A stretch of 64,000 bases of DNA from Flectonema sp. DT1601 (taxonomy: Eukaryota), in assembly GCA_964019425.1 (NCBI GenBank), contig OZ025804.1, positions 930,001 through 994,000 on the forward strand, in the 5' to 3' direction. The notes beneath the pieces were generated by a model. It was given only the letters and a program-made list of their open reading frames with translations, did not search any database and had not been told where the DNA came from. The position numbers were made by a program, and so were the translations under genes. Positions 1 to 10,968 of this stretch are shown here, one piece after another. Position 1 is the stretch's first letter, and every line of letters starts with the position of its first letter.

Positions 1-843
1 CACACACATGTAACGGCCTCCACCGGCGTGCCAACCCTCACAGCAGCTTAGTCGCCTTCCAAGCCCCCATGGCCAGGGAAGAGGTTGCCATGGTTTCGAA
101 CATGTGGGCTTCCGAAACGTCACAGGCATATCCACTCCCTGAAGCATGGCAACTCCCATCCGTTTGGGCAAGTTTGTTTTGACCAGCCCTGCCCCTGGAA
201 CGGCCTCCTGTCCCGTGGTTGCTTCGAGGCTCGTTGTCCCTCCCCAACCCCGTCCATGACCAACCTGGTCGGGCATTGCCAGCTGACTGTAGCCCCGGCC
301 CCGGCCGTTTTTTTTCACTGCCGACGCAGCCACCACCTTGCCTCCCATGAACGGCACTTCCGGTTTGTGTGCTTCTCCGCTGCCTTCCTTGCCTCGGGTG
401 TGGGAGACCTCCAAGAGCTTGCTTTCGTAGCCTCGCTGTTCTCGTGGCACCGATAATACCTAAGCATCTTGAGTATCTCGAGGGAACCCCGGTCCACTTG
501 TCACCGCGAGCACCGCCAGCCTCCTCGCATTCTCCCGTCCACTTCCCGTTTCCGGAGAACCCCCTCGATTGCTCATTGCAACGCCTCATAATCCTGCGCA
601 GCAAATCCAGCCCACATCTGGTGATTTGGTTCCCAGCCGCCTGAGTTGAATTTAGGTTGGGTTCGCACAACATATCAAAAAAAGAAAATGAATGGGAGGG
701 GACAGCAGGAAAGAAAAAGAAGGGAAAAAAACCGAATGGAAAATAATATCTAAATAAAAGTCTGTATAAGGAGAATTTTTATCTTTGCTGCCTGCTTGCA
801 TCTAACTGTTAGAATAGCCACGCTCTCGGATGACTAATTTTAA

Positions 844-960
844 TTAAGTGATTGCTCAACAAGCCCTCTTCTGTTTGGATTGTTTTTCAACAAGAAATTT
901 CCAAGAAAATCAACTGGGTTTTCAGGCCTCTCTTGTTAAGGCTGCAAGTCCTTGTAATAC
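844..960 (-). pseudogene. Dpy-30/RIIa-like dimerisation motif fragment (frameshifted)
   Basis: Manual translation gives VLQGLAALTRE, a frameshift, then RPENPVDFLGNFLLKNNPNR. This matches the Dpy-30 pattern LQGLxxLxKERPxNPIEFLAxYLLKN. Confidence 0.65.
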
Positions 961-1084
961 CAGAAATTGTTGGCTGGTTCCTTCTTCTTCTTGGCACCCA
1001 ACATCACCGACAAATTCGACAGTATGTCAGTCAATTCCCCTACCCCGTTGCCCGCAAAGGTAGGCGGCGACGCCGATGTTTGTA

Positions 1085-1270
1085 ATTGCTGTTGCTGTTG
1101 CTGTTGTTGCTGTTGCTGTTGTTGCTGTTGCTGTTGCAGTAGCTGATGTTGCTGCTGTTGCATTTGTTGCTGTTGCTGTTGCTGTTGTTGCTGATCTTGT
1201 TGTTGTTGCAGATGTTGTTGCTGTTGCCGTCTCAAATCCGCAAGCTCTTCGCTTGCAGTTGTTGCTGTTG
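1085..1270. repeat. Imperfect (TGY)n trinucleotide repeat encoding polyglutamine on the minus strand
   Basis: Directly visible tgttgc/tgttgt runs. Confidence 0.9.
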
Positions 1271-4200
1271 CATTTGGGCTTTCATTAAGTCTCGAAGCTC
1301 CGCCATACCAGACAATTCTTGTCCCTGTCGTTGCTGTTGCCCCAACTGTTCCTTTACAACTCCTTCCGGGTCTGTGTACTCCGCATTGTTCCGCCCGTTG
1401 CGACGCGATTTGTGCCCGGAGGTCCGCAACTTCCTTGTTGGTGTTGGTGTTGCACCTGCTGGCGTTGCTCCTGCACCTTCTGTTGTTGTTGCTGTTCTTG
1501 CAGCTTTTCTTGTTGTGTCCGTACCTCCGCTTCCACTGCGCCTTGGCGTTGTGCTACTTGCCCCAGTGCCTGCCCCGTCACAGCCTGCACCCCGGCTAAC
1601 CGTTGGTCCGTCCCAAACAGACCACCCATCCCCTGCTCTGTGTTCTCGTGCCTCGCCGCCAACCCACGCAGCCGAGGAGGCCAGCACTTCGCTGGCCTCC
1701 TCGGTACTAACATAGTCCGTCATGACTACGTCAACTGCGGCGGCGGGTGGGAAAACTGCCCCTTCTCGCACTACCAACTGACCGCGCGAATCAGACATCC
1801 CCACTAGGTATCCACAAAATACCTCTGGCTTTTTCTCGGCCACCGTCAAGAGCACAAACACCCCACGTGCCGATGCCCTGCTCACTACCTCCTTCGTCTT
1901 CAAAAGACGTGCCAACAGCACGTCGTTCATCCACCTCTCGGCGGAGTCGTCGCTACCCTCGTCGGTACCCACCAAAACGCCCCTTCGGCGGTTGCCATCC
2001 CACACGCCCGCAAACCCGCACCTTCCGTGTTCTTAAATCTACATTTCCCTTTTTAGGGTAACCCGGTCTGCTGCCACAAGCTGCCCAGACTTGTCGGCAT
2101 GCTGAACTCGTATGACATTTCAAAACTTTAACGTAAAAGTCTGAAAAACCCTGTGATAAAGCTAAAAGAATGATATTGTAGGAAAAATAAATCTTAAAAG
2201 TAATCTGATTTCTTTTCTGGACTTGAAAAGCCTAAGAAAGCCGTTTTAACAGGAACAGCTTGAATGCACTCTCCCTCCTTTTCGAATAGCTAACTGATCA
2301 ACATTTTCCACAAACACGGAATCACACTCCGATTGTTCGAATAGAAAAGAAATATAAATTCACAATCAGAACACTTGTGAGATCTCAGATTCACAACTCT
2401 GTCGTGTAAAGCAACTAGAGGCACAACAACTATTCATTTATTGATATCTGAGGGAAGACTGTTTGATTAGGTTCATACGAATATAAATCTCTTGTATTGT
2501 ATCAGGGCTCAATAATAAAATTAAAATAACTCATGACAGCGACTAGAATGGTAATACATTTATTGGTATCTGAGGGGGTTTAGAATTTACGATTACTGAG
2601 AACTGAATAAACTTAATTAAGAAACAGCAACAGTTTGTATTCAATTCTTACTACTGTTTTACCTGCAAGATGAGTAACGTTCTTCAGGGAGACGGATGTG
2701 GGGAGCTTCGCAGGAGTGATGGATAAGGAAGAAATTAAAAAGAAAAGGTAGAGAGAATAGAATCGAGGTTTCGCCGCGCTGAGGTTTACGCAGGTTGAAG
2801 ACCAATATGATAGAGAGTTAACTTATAAGTAAAATATAAAAAAACAGATGAAAAGACGTCAGGGAGGGAAATATCAAAAAAAAAGAAAAGAACTCCAACC
2901 AAATAAAGGAATTAAAAGAGGAAGAAGACGACAGATTATTTTGAACAAAAAGTACCACAAGAACCCTCGCTGGGGCAGTCTTATGAACAACAACAAAAAG
3001 AAAATAGAAAGCTCTGGAAGAAAAATCAACCAGTTTACGAGAGCTTCACAGAGAGCCATGAAGCCTGAGAAACAAAAAGAACGAAAGAAAGAACGACGAA
3101 GCTCTCCAACGAGAACCCTGCAGCAGTCTAAGAAGTTAAGGAACGAAAGAATTGAAAAAGGAAAAGGAAAAAGAATTGTTATGTGTTTGGAGTTCAAAAA
3201 GAACAAAACCAACCGACAGCAGTGACTGTGATGTGTTGTCACAATAGGGACGCCGCTGATTTCGTGAATATTTCAGAATACAAATATCACCAAAAACAGT
3301 TAATCCGCTCCGAGCCGTTGCTTTTGTAATAAAAAAATAAAATTTCGTTTGTTTGTCTTAACAACTCTTTTTTTTGTAAAAAACTATAGGAATACAAAAA
3401 GAACAACAAAGAATAAAAATAAAAGGATTATGCATCCGTTAACAAAAATAACGGATATTTCAATCGCAAAGGTAGCCCCCCCGATGAGGAGGTTAAGAAA
3501 GAGAGGTACACCTTCTTACCTTCACGGTGAAAAGAGACTTTTTATCCAGGTAGTCAATAATAAAAGCAACAACAGCTCTTGAGAAAAGGTGGGCGAGGGA
3601 AGGTCTCGCACTCACCGATTCAGAGAGGCTTTAACACAGTCTGGTCAACAGTACAACGACTAGGATTACATTTATATTAAGTAGTTCACAGGGTACCTAA
3701 TCTGTAAATGAGTTTTGGAAAAATAAACCATAAAGCAAAGCAACAGTTATCGCCTGCCACAATTCTCTTTGACTCGTAAAACTGGTCTCTGAGAAGGGAA
3801 ACAACACCGAAAGGGTAACTACATTGTGCAATAGTTTTTTTTTTTAATTTTAAATCAATATTTTGCTCTTAGTGGTTCGATAAATAAAAAAGAATAAAGA
3901 TGCGAATTGCATGGCCTTCATTTTATTTACTGAGAAGGTAGGAAAGAAGTGCTCTCCAATCCCCCCGAGAATGAAGCAGCGTGAAGATAGCGATTATCAT
4001 CTCGAAAAGAATTAAAATCGCATGTGCGCACAGTCTTGCATTCCGCAGGGGGCTCACAACGGCTGTCGTCAGCCGCATGATGGGAGATTTCAGGACGTCA
4101 TTTAGAAAGGAATAAACGACATTTTCTTTTCTAAAAATTTAATATAAAAAGAAATGTAAAATGAAAGGCTTTCCAACATTAAGGCTACCAGACTAGATAT

Positions 4201-6392
4201 TCACTTTACCTTGCACAAGAGAAACGCTTCCCCTAATCCAACTCTTAGATGTGATGCTACAGAAAAGATTCGGACACTAACCGAAATAGCAGTGGTGCCT
4301 CGGAGTCTGTACAACGACCATATTGACATATTATGAGGGTACACAAGGTAACCGAATTAAAGAAAAAGGGGGAAGACTATCCTCACCGTTCAAAACAGAA
4401 AACTAACTGAGAGAACGAGAGAGAGAATCCTCCGCATGTCATTGTGTGATCTACTGCAGGTTGTACGCAAGCAGCAAAAGAAATTTATAATAAAAAAAAG
4501 GATAAAAAGAACAAAATAGTTAAAAGCAGAAGTGGAATTGGAATTCTCACTTAAAACAGACTACCTTTTTCAACCCTCAATGTATAAAGCATTAAGTGCG
4601 TTGGCAAAGTTTTTTTTTTTGATCAACGAAAAAGAGGAAAAGAACAGAAAAAGTAAGAGCGCAAGAACCCAAACAGCTTAAATAAACAAGAAAGATAGAC
4701 ACTGCGTGAGTAGAGGAAAGATTCCCATTTTTTTTTTTTTTTTTTTTTAATTGTATTCGTCAGAACACCATGGCAACCCTTTTGGGAATGTAGAGCTAGT
4801 TGTCATACGCGTGTCGAAACAACTAATTAGAATCGAAAGTTTTTTTTTTAAAAAAAAAAGTTAACCCGCTTTCTGAAAACAGATCAGCGACTAACAAACA
4901 TACTATTATAAAGAAGGCATATATTCTTAAGATTTTTCTTTGAAGAGGATTCCCTCCACCATTTAAGATGGAGAAAGCTCGAACCACATCTAAAAAATTT
5001 ACCCTGCCAGTCCCAGAGACCTCGGCTGAGTAATCTAAGATTTGGAAGTTAATTTAATTGATTAGCGATAGTTCCCCAGACTCTTTATTGGTCTCGTTGT
5101 TGTTATTGTAACGTTTTATTTCCCTTTTTTTTATTATTTTATTTTATGTAGAAAACTCATCGGTAACCTGTTTAGCCACCTGAGAGTTACCAAATAGTTT
5201 TTAAACGATTAGAAAGAAAATGAAAAAAAAAAAAAAAAAAATTAGTAAGTTTTTTTGATATCCTTTAGAAAGGCAGACCTCATCTTTTACTCACCAACAA
5301 AATAGATGAGCGAGGATATAGTGATGTGGCGCTGAACTTAAGGGAAGATTCTACTTATTTACGAAGCCTAGAAAAGCCAAAAAAATCAGGAAAAGCTATT
5401 GTCACTCACAGACGATAAGAGACTTAAAACAACCTGAAAACAGATGACTACCTAGTTGCGGGAGTAAAACAATCCAATGCAGATACACAAGTCTCGAGTG
5501 TATCGAGTATTTCCGTGCGAGAATTTTTTTTTTTGTTTCACGGTGAAGGTTTAAAAAAGAATCGGCAAACTTCACTTTTTACTTACTCACTCACACTTTT
5601 ATTTTGTTTGTGCGCAACCGGTAGAAAATCCTAATGAAGGAATAGGTAGTTACGCTGCCACAATTCTCTTTCTACCGAACAATGGGTTTGTAGGTACAAA
5701 AAGAAATGAGAAATCTAAACATCGTCATCAGCGAGTTCAAACAGTTTTCCTGACTCATAGGAAGCATAACAAGAAAAAGTTTTTATCCTGTTAATTTTTT
5801 TTTCAGGAAAAAAACTGAAAAAAAACGAAAAACAGAAGAAGAAAAAAAAACGCAAAAGAGGATGATTCGTCACCACAGACAAGAGTAAAAAAAAAAAAAA
5901 AAAAAAAAATTCAGCAGAAAAAAACTACTGATGAAAACATTGATTCGCTTGGCTGACGAAATATTTAAACCCAGCAGCGAAACCTTACAATAATATCATT
6001 CCATTAAAATGGTATTTTATTTTTGAGAGGATTTCACTCATCGTTTAAGAACAAAACAAATCATCAGCAAGAATAGAATCAAAGATGAAATGATAAGACT
6101 TCATAGAAAGAAAGTAAAACAGTCAGTTTATGTATTTAGAAAGGAAAGATTGGTGTTGAGAATGGAAAAAGGATAGTTAGTATATTGTCTCATAACTTTA
6201 CAAAGGCAGCAAAGAAAATCAACTCACTCAAAAGGCCGCATTAATATTAGTAGCCTCCAGGTATTTTAATTTTTTTTTTTTTCTTTAACACACAAACTCA
6301 GGAACCTTCTTCTATCCTTTAACAGGCGACACATTGACGTAAATAGTACAAAACAATTCAATTACCTAGTTTGTGAAGTGGAGGCTGAGCTG

Positions 6393-9300
6393 TCAACGTA
6401 AGAAGTCAGGTCGATGGAGTCTATGAGCTGATGCCGGAGGAGGTGAGCGAGTTACTTGCGGAGGAGATAAAAGCGGAGTTGGCAGTAACCTACTACGTGG
6501 TGTTGCATGAAAATGTGAAGTGTTCGGCGTCACGTAATCACAAGGCTGAAGTAGACCTTCAGATGGCCTACTAACCAACTCACCAACACTTGTGAATATA
6601 GTTCCCACACATGTTACTTCAAACACTGGAATACCAGGAAGAGTACCTTCAGGATAAAGTGTTCTAAAAGTTGATAAAGTACTTTCTAACCACTTTGTAA
6701 AAGGTGATGCCTCATCACAATTAACAGTATTGGTGTAGCTACTCAAAGTCAACAACGCTTCTTCAAAACTGTTGGAATTTAGAAGAACGTGCATAGCTTT
6801 TTCAGGACCAGGTTCCGGTTGTAGTTCACGATCTTCTAACTCGTACATCCATTCCTTTGAGTTTAGTCTTACGAGAGCCTCACCTAACAGGGCTGCTACT
6901 TCTGTAGGTTTTCCTCCAAAGACAGATGCGACACTAAAGAATCTCGCAAATTTAAAAGTGTGTCCCCAAAGATCTAAACATCTTCCATACGGCAACAGGC
7001 ATCTAGCCTTTGCCGCTTGAGCGACCCTGCAAAGGTTGTCAGCTTCCTCGATGATACCTCCCATGATGTGAAAAGTTCTGATCTTGTCGTTTCCGAGTGA
7101 TCCACAATGTGCCAGCCCACTGTTAACACCGCAGTTGGCGTACGTGCATTTCTGTGTGATAATTATCGCGACTTGGCAGATTTTCTTAAAATCTGGATGA
7201 CGGCGTTGTTCAGTCATCGATCCCCAAGAACCAATAATTGCGTCCTCTGTAATTCTGTGAACTGTTCCGTGCATCAGTTCTATTTCATGAAGACAAACAC
7301 TTAAGAAGTCAGTTTGCATTTTTTCAGGTTCCTTTTCTGGAGGGCTTCTCGTTTCAGATTGATGTGCGAAAATTCTTCTGATCACTAAAACCGATACGCA
7401 TCGTACAGCGTGGTCTAGCTTTTTTCCAAGACCACTAGCAGCACGGGATGTGATGTCTGTAGAACCTGTTTTACTTGGTTGACGATCCTTGTTGTGATCT
7501 ACAGTCGTGAACTCTGTTGTATTTATTTGATTGGTGTCAATAGTGGCGGTTGCTTCATCGCTGTCGTCTTCACTTTCATTTCTGACAGCCTTTACGACTG
7601 ATTGTGGAATGTACTTTACGAACTCTTTCATCATAATAGTAATGTCTTTTATAGCCAATTGGATTCTATCTGGATTCTCAATCGTAAACACTTTCTCTAA
7701 TGAATTGAAGTCCAAAACAGCAACTGCTTCAGCCATTTCTGCTGCTAGAACTTGTGCTCCAAAAGCGCTTTCATAACGAAGTCTTTGATGTCTCCATTTC
7801 CAAGCAAAACCACCAAACAAACCCGCAGCTACAACAACTGTAACGCCACCAATCACTCCCACTAATATCCAAACTAGATTATTGCTGGCTGATGATTCTT
7901 GTTTTGGAAATATAAATTGATCATTACACATCAGTTCTGATAGTTTTCCATTTGTTCCATTCTCAGTAATGGGAAACATCAAATGCTTCTTCAGTGAATC
8001 GGTTGTCTTGTCAGGTGTTACTAACCACTGTGCAAGAAATGCATGTGCGTTGCTGCATTCCACTCCAGTGACTCTCTTTTTAACGTAGAAAAAGACTCTG
8101 TATATAAAAGGATAAAGAGAATAGTCATCTTCAGTATTAGGTATTTGAGATAAAACAGTCAAAGAAGGAACATAAGGAACACTATTGACTACCGGATACA
8201 TAAGTTGTAGATTCCATTGTGTCGCTAGAGTGTAGTCGACTACTGCTATGCTTCCGATGGTGTCTTTGACGTGTTGAAGGACGTCAGCGTTTGAATCGAA
8301 GACAACATCAGGTGAATTGGAAGAGTTTAACGAAAACTCAAATCGCTTGCTGAGTTGCCCGACTAGTCGTTTGTACAACACGAGACTCTTGTGAGCGATT
8401 ATCTGAATTGGAATATTTTGTTTTGGGACGTATGTTGACCTAGCTGAGAGTCGAGAATCGTTCCAGTACTTAAGTTTACCCGCAAATATATCAGAAATCA
8501 CCTCCACATCCAACTCCATTGAAGGAACTGGTATCCCAAAATTACATGCAATAGTCAACATCCCAGCAGCAAATCTAATTTTAATATATTCGTTTTCAAC
8601 GTCTTCAGGTAGAGAATCACTCTCCGACCTGAGCATTACATTCGCTTCCTCTGCAGCTGAAACTTGAACATAGTCTCTTATGTTTTCTTGATAGTATTTG
8701 TATCCCAATTCGTTAGCGATTCCTTTAAACTCCTGTTGATCTCCCGTATAAAGGGGTATTGGAGTACTTAGTCTTTGGGTTCCACAATTAATTGAAAGCT
8801 TGTCAAGGACTTCGTTAATAATTTTATTGTCAAGTGGTACAAGGTTATTAGCATTTATAATAGCACGTGAAACAGAAGACGTCAGCATCCAAACGATAAA
8901 CGAAACTATTTCACAAGTTTCGTTCCCAGGTGTAGTAAAAAATGCTAAATAAGAAATTCCCGCAATGGGATACCCGACCTCATCTACTAAATCACCAGTA
9001 AGTCTATTCGGTTCTAACGACAGTCCTGTTGTCGCTGTCTCACCATCACTCCATCCAGGGATTGTCAATGCCTCAGCTCTGTTTGCAACTGTCGCAAATG
9101 GCAGCCCTTCTTGTAAAACACCTGATATACCACTGTATCCTATACTAAATGGTGTTTCTGAAACATATTTAAGAACCCCACTACTTTTTGATCTCCTTTC
9201 TATTGTTGCTTTGTGTGGCCACGTGTTTGTAACTTGACCTTTCCAATAACCAAAACTCGCAAGAGCTTTAACCATAATTTCGGTTGTCCCACTGCTGTCA

Positions 9301-9755
9301 TCTCTGACTACAACTCGAATAGGTTCATCGGGAAGGTATTTCGAAGGATTGATGCGAGATATTTGAGGGTCTGACCACCTAGTAATATTTCCGATGAATA
9401 TTTTACCGACAGTCTCTCTGTCTAATATAAGTGATTTGTAGTCTCCGATATTAAATGTAATCGCAATTGGTGCTGCTACAACTGGAATCATCTGCAAGTC
9501 AGGTTTCTGAAGGTAAGATTCGTCATCGAATAGTGAATCAGTTCCTGCCATGGTTGCTGCACCAGATAATAATTTTCTCTTTCCACTTCCACTTCCGACA
9601 CAATCGTATGTTATCTTGCTTGGTTCTTCTCCAGTGATTTCATTATAGCTTTCTAAACAAGCTTGCATAACGGGACAGAGCAGACTGCTGCCTGCAGCAG
9701 TTAGGCATTCCGATGTTGGAACCATCCCAAGTATAATGATGATGAGTAGCCTCAT
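6393..9755 (-). CDS. Receptor-type protein, 1120 aa: signal peptide, two PstS-like phosphate-binding domains, one TM helix, degenerate class III nucleotidyl cyclase domain
   Basis: PstS motifs AAGSS, Y..VGSGSG, AGTDS, GNITRWSDP, RDDSSGTT, GYPIAG. Second PBP-like domain (IFAGKLKYWND). TM LVWILVGVIGG...; cyclase-like FVKYIPQSV, GTVHRITEDAIIGSW, GVNSGLAHCGSLG. Confidence 0.85.
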   Translation of the reverse strand: MRLLIIIILGMVPTSECLTAAGSSLLCPVMQACLESYNEITGEEPSKITYDCVGSGSGKRKLLSGAATMAGTDSLFDDESYLQKPDLQMIPVVAAPIAITFNIGDYKSLILDRETVGKIFIGNITRWSDPQISRINPSKYLPDEPIRVVVRDDSSGTTEIMVKALASFGYWKGQVTNTWPHKATIERRSKSSGVLKYVSETPFSIGYSGISGVLQEGLPFATVANRAEALTIPGWSDGETATTGLSLEPNRLTGDLVDEVGYPIAGISYLAFFTTPGNETCEIVSFIVWMLTSSVSRAIINANNLVPLDNKIINEVLDKLSINCGTQRLSTPIPLYTGDQQEFKGIANELGYKYYQENIRDYVQVSAAEEANVMLRSESDSLPEDVENEYIKIRFAAGMLTIACNFGIPVPSMELDVEVISDIFAGKLKYWNDSRLSARSTYVPKQNIPIQIIAHKSLVLYKRLVGQLSKRFEFSLNSSNSPDVVFDSNADVLQHVKDTIGSIAVVDYTLATQWNLQLMYPVVNSVPYVPSLTVLSQIPNTEDDYSLYPFIYRVFFYVKKRVTGVECSNAHAFLAQWLVTPDKTTDSLKKHLMFPITENGTNGKLSELMCNDQFIFPKQESSASNNLVWILVGVIGGVTVVVAAGLFGGFAWKWRHQRLRYESAFGAQVLAAEMAEAVAVLDFNSLEKVFTIENPDRIQLAIKDITIMMKEFVKYIPQSVVKAVRNESEDDSDEATATIDTNQINTTEFTTVDHNKDRQPSKTGSTDITSRAASGLGKKLDHAVRCVSVLVIRRIFAHQSETRSPPEKEPEKMQTDFLSVCLHEIELMHGTVHRITEDAIIGSWGSMTEQRRHPDFKKICQVAIIITQKCTYANCGVNSGLAHCGSLGNDKIRTFHIMGGIIEEADNLCRVAQAAKARCLLPYGRCLDLWGHTFKFARFFSVASVFGGKPTEVAALLGEALVRLNSKEWMYELEDRELQPEPGPEKAMHVLLNSNSFEEALLTLSSYTNTVNCDEASPFTKWLESTLSTFRTLYPEGTLPGIPVFEVTCVGTIFTSVGELVSRPSEGLLQPCDYVTPNTSHFHATPRSRLLPTPLLSPPQVTRSPPPASAHRLHRPDFLR

Positions 9756-9779
9756 CTTTTCTCCGAAGGTGGAGACACC

Positions 9780-10050
9780 TGTGGGGGGTTACGTAAATGT
9801 ATTGTATCATAAAATAACATAACGATAATTTAATTCCGAGATACAGTGACTAAAGTAATGTTAGTGTAGGTGTCTGTGGGGGGACTTGGATAAATAAGTT
9901 TCCGTCCACGTAAAATTATGCTCAAATAAACTACCAGAAAGAAATGCTAGCAAATGGGACCACGTGCTGTCAAGTTTTTTTTTGAGTCAAGTATGGGGAT
10001 TAGGGAGAACAGATCGAGCGCTCCGTGCCCTGTAGTCCGTTACAATGAAT
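9780..10050. repeat. Dispersed non-coding repeat, related copies at ~39500-39910 and ~49770-50190
   Basis: Shared blocks tgtattgtatcataaa..taacataacga, gggggacttggataaataag, aaataaactaccaga. Confidence 0.75.
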
Positions 10051-10254
10051 ACGGACCGAATGAAGCTCATTCGGTCCGTGATTCGTGTTAAGAGGGGTCA
10101 TTCCGCTGCTCTTCTGACGTCCACCACTTTCTCGTGTAAGGAATTTTTTTTTTTTTTTTTTTGAGTGTTTCACTACTGTGTTTCTCCTTCTTTTTGTTAC
10201 TACTATAATTGCTTAGGCGCTGCCCTTACTGGGTGGCCGTTCACTTTTTCGAGA

Positions 10255-10464
10255 CAATGGGGGATGCGACACGGAAACTGATTGCGCTGTGAGGCGCGGT
10301 GCGTACAGCGGGGTTCGAACCGAGGCCGATTGGGTGCGGGGGCACCACCCCATCCACTGCACTATGACGCCCCCTAAAATGAGGGGCGGGGCGGGTTTGA
10401 ACCCAGGCCGACCACGTGAAGCTGTATTGCGCTGTTAGGCGCGGCACCACTAGACCACCCACCC
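10255..10464 (-). ncRNA. Tandem tRNA-like (A-box/B-box) units of ~85-90 nt; one near-identical to 16175-16258, the rest diverged
   Basis: Minus strand GGGTGGG-TGGTCTAGTGG...GGTTCAAACCC...CATTTT, then TAGTGCAGTGG...GGTTCGAACCC. The cloverleaf is incomplete. Confidence 0.5.
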
Positions 10465-10968
10465 AAATGAGGGGCGGGGCTTTTTTTTTTTTTTTGGTTA
10501 CACTCGTCTGTGCTACCAAACTCTTTGTTTTTGTTCTTTTCACTTCTATGTTTTGTCTTTCTTTTATACTTTCTTTTGGTTTAAGTCTGACAAATTGGAA
10601 AACACGGGAAACATAGGTAGGCTCCGCCTGAGGACGTAAGAAGAGCGGCAACGGAAAAAAATAAATGGTCACGCGTCCTTGAAATTGGACACATGAAGCT
10701 AATTCGGTTACCATTCCTACCATCGATAAGGAAAACAAAGAATCGAGCATATAACTAGAGCGGTGGTCAAAGACCACTTGAACAGCCCGAAGGCCTGCCC
10801 TCAAGAGAAATTTAAAGGAGAATAGGAGAAGAAGGAGACAGGAGTGTTGGATGAGACACTGCGACAACACCGAAGGTGATGTGCAGTCACCCAACCAGGA
10901 GATGATTGATAATGATGGAAATACTAAAATAATAACAAATTGATATTGGCGACTACATGTCACCTACT

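Larger units (their letters stand above)
1..2060 (-). pseudogene. Degenerate GC-rich coding relic, possibly a gag-like ORF of a retroelement, with a polyQ tract; broken by frameshifts and an AT-rich insert at ~650-960
   Basis: GC-rich relative to flanks. Consecutive minus-strand ORFs 1232-2005 and 936-1235 (polyQ) are offset by a frameshift. Stop-interrupted frames continue through 38-650 and end in a Cys/His cluster. No RT or integrase motif seen. Confidence 0.3.

Noticed and set aside
2100..6390. ORFs 2848-3225, 2874-3242 and 3349-3582
   Set aside because: Low-complexity with no motifs; the region looks non-coding.
10241..10963. 240-aa minus-strand ORF
   Set aside because: Runs through the LINE 3' UTR, poly(A) and target repeats; not protein-like.
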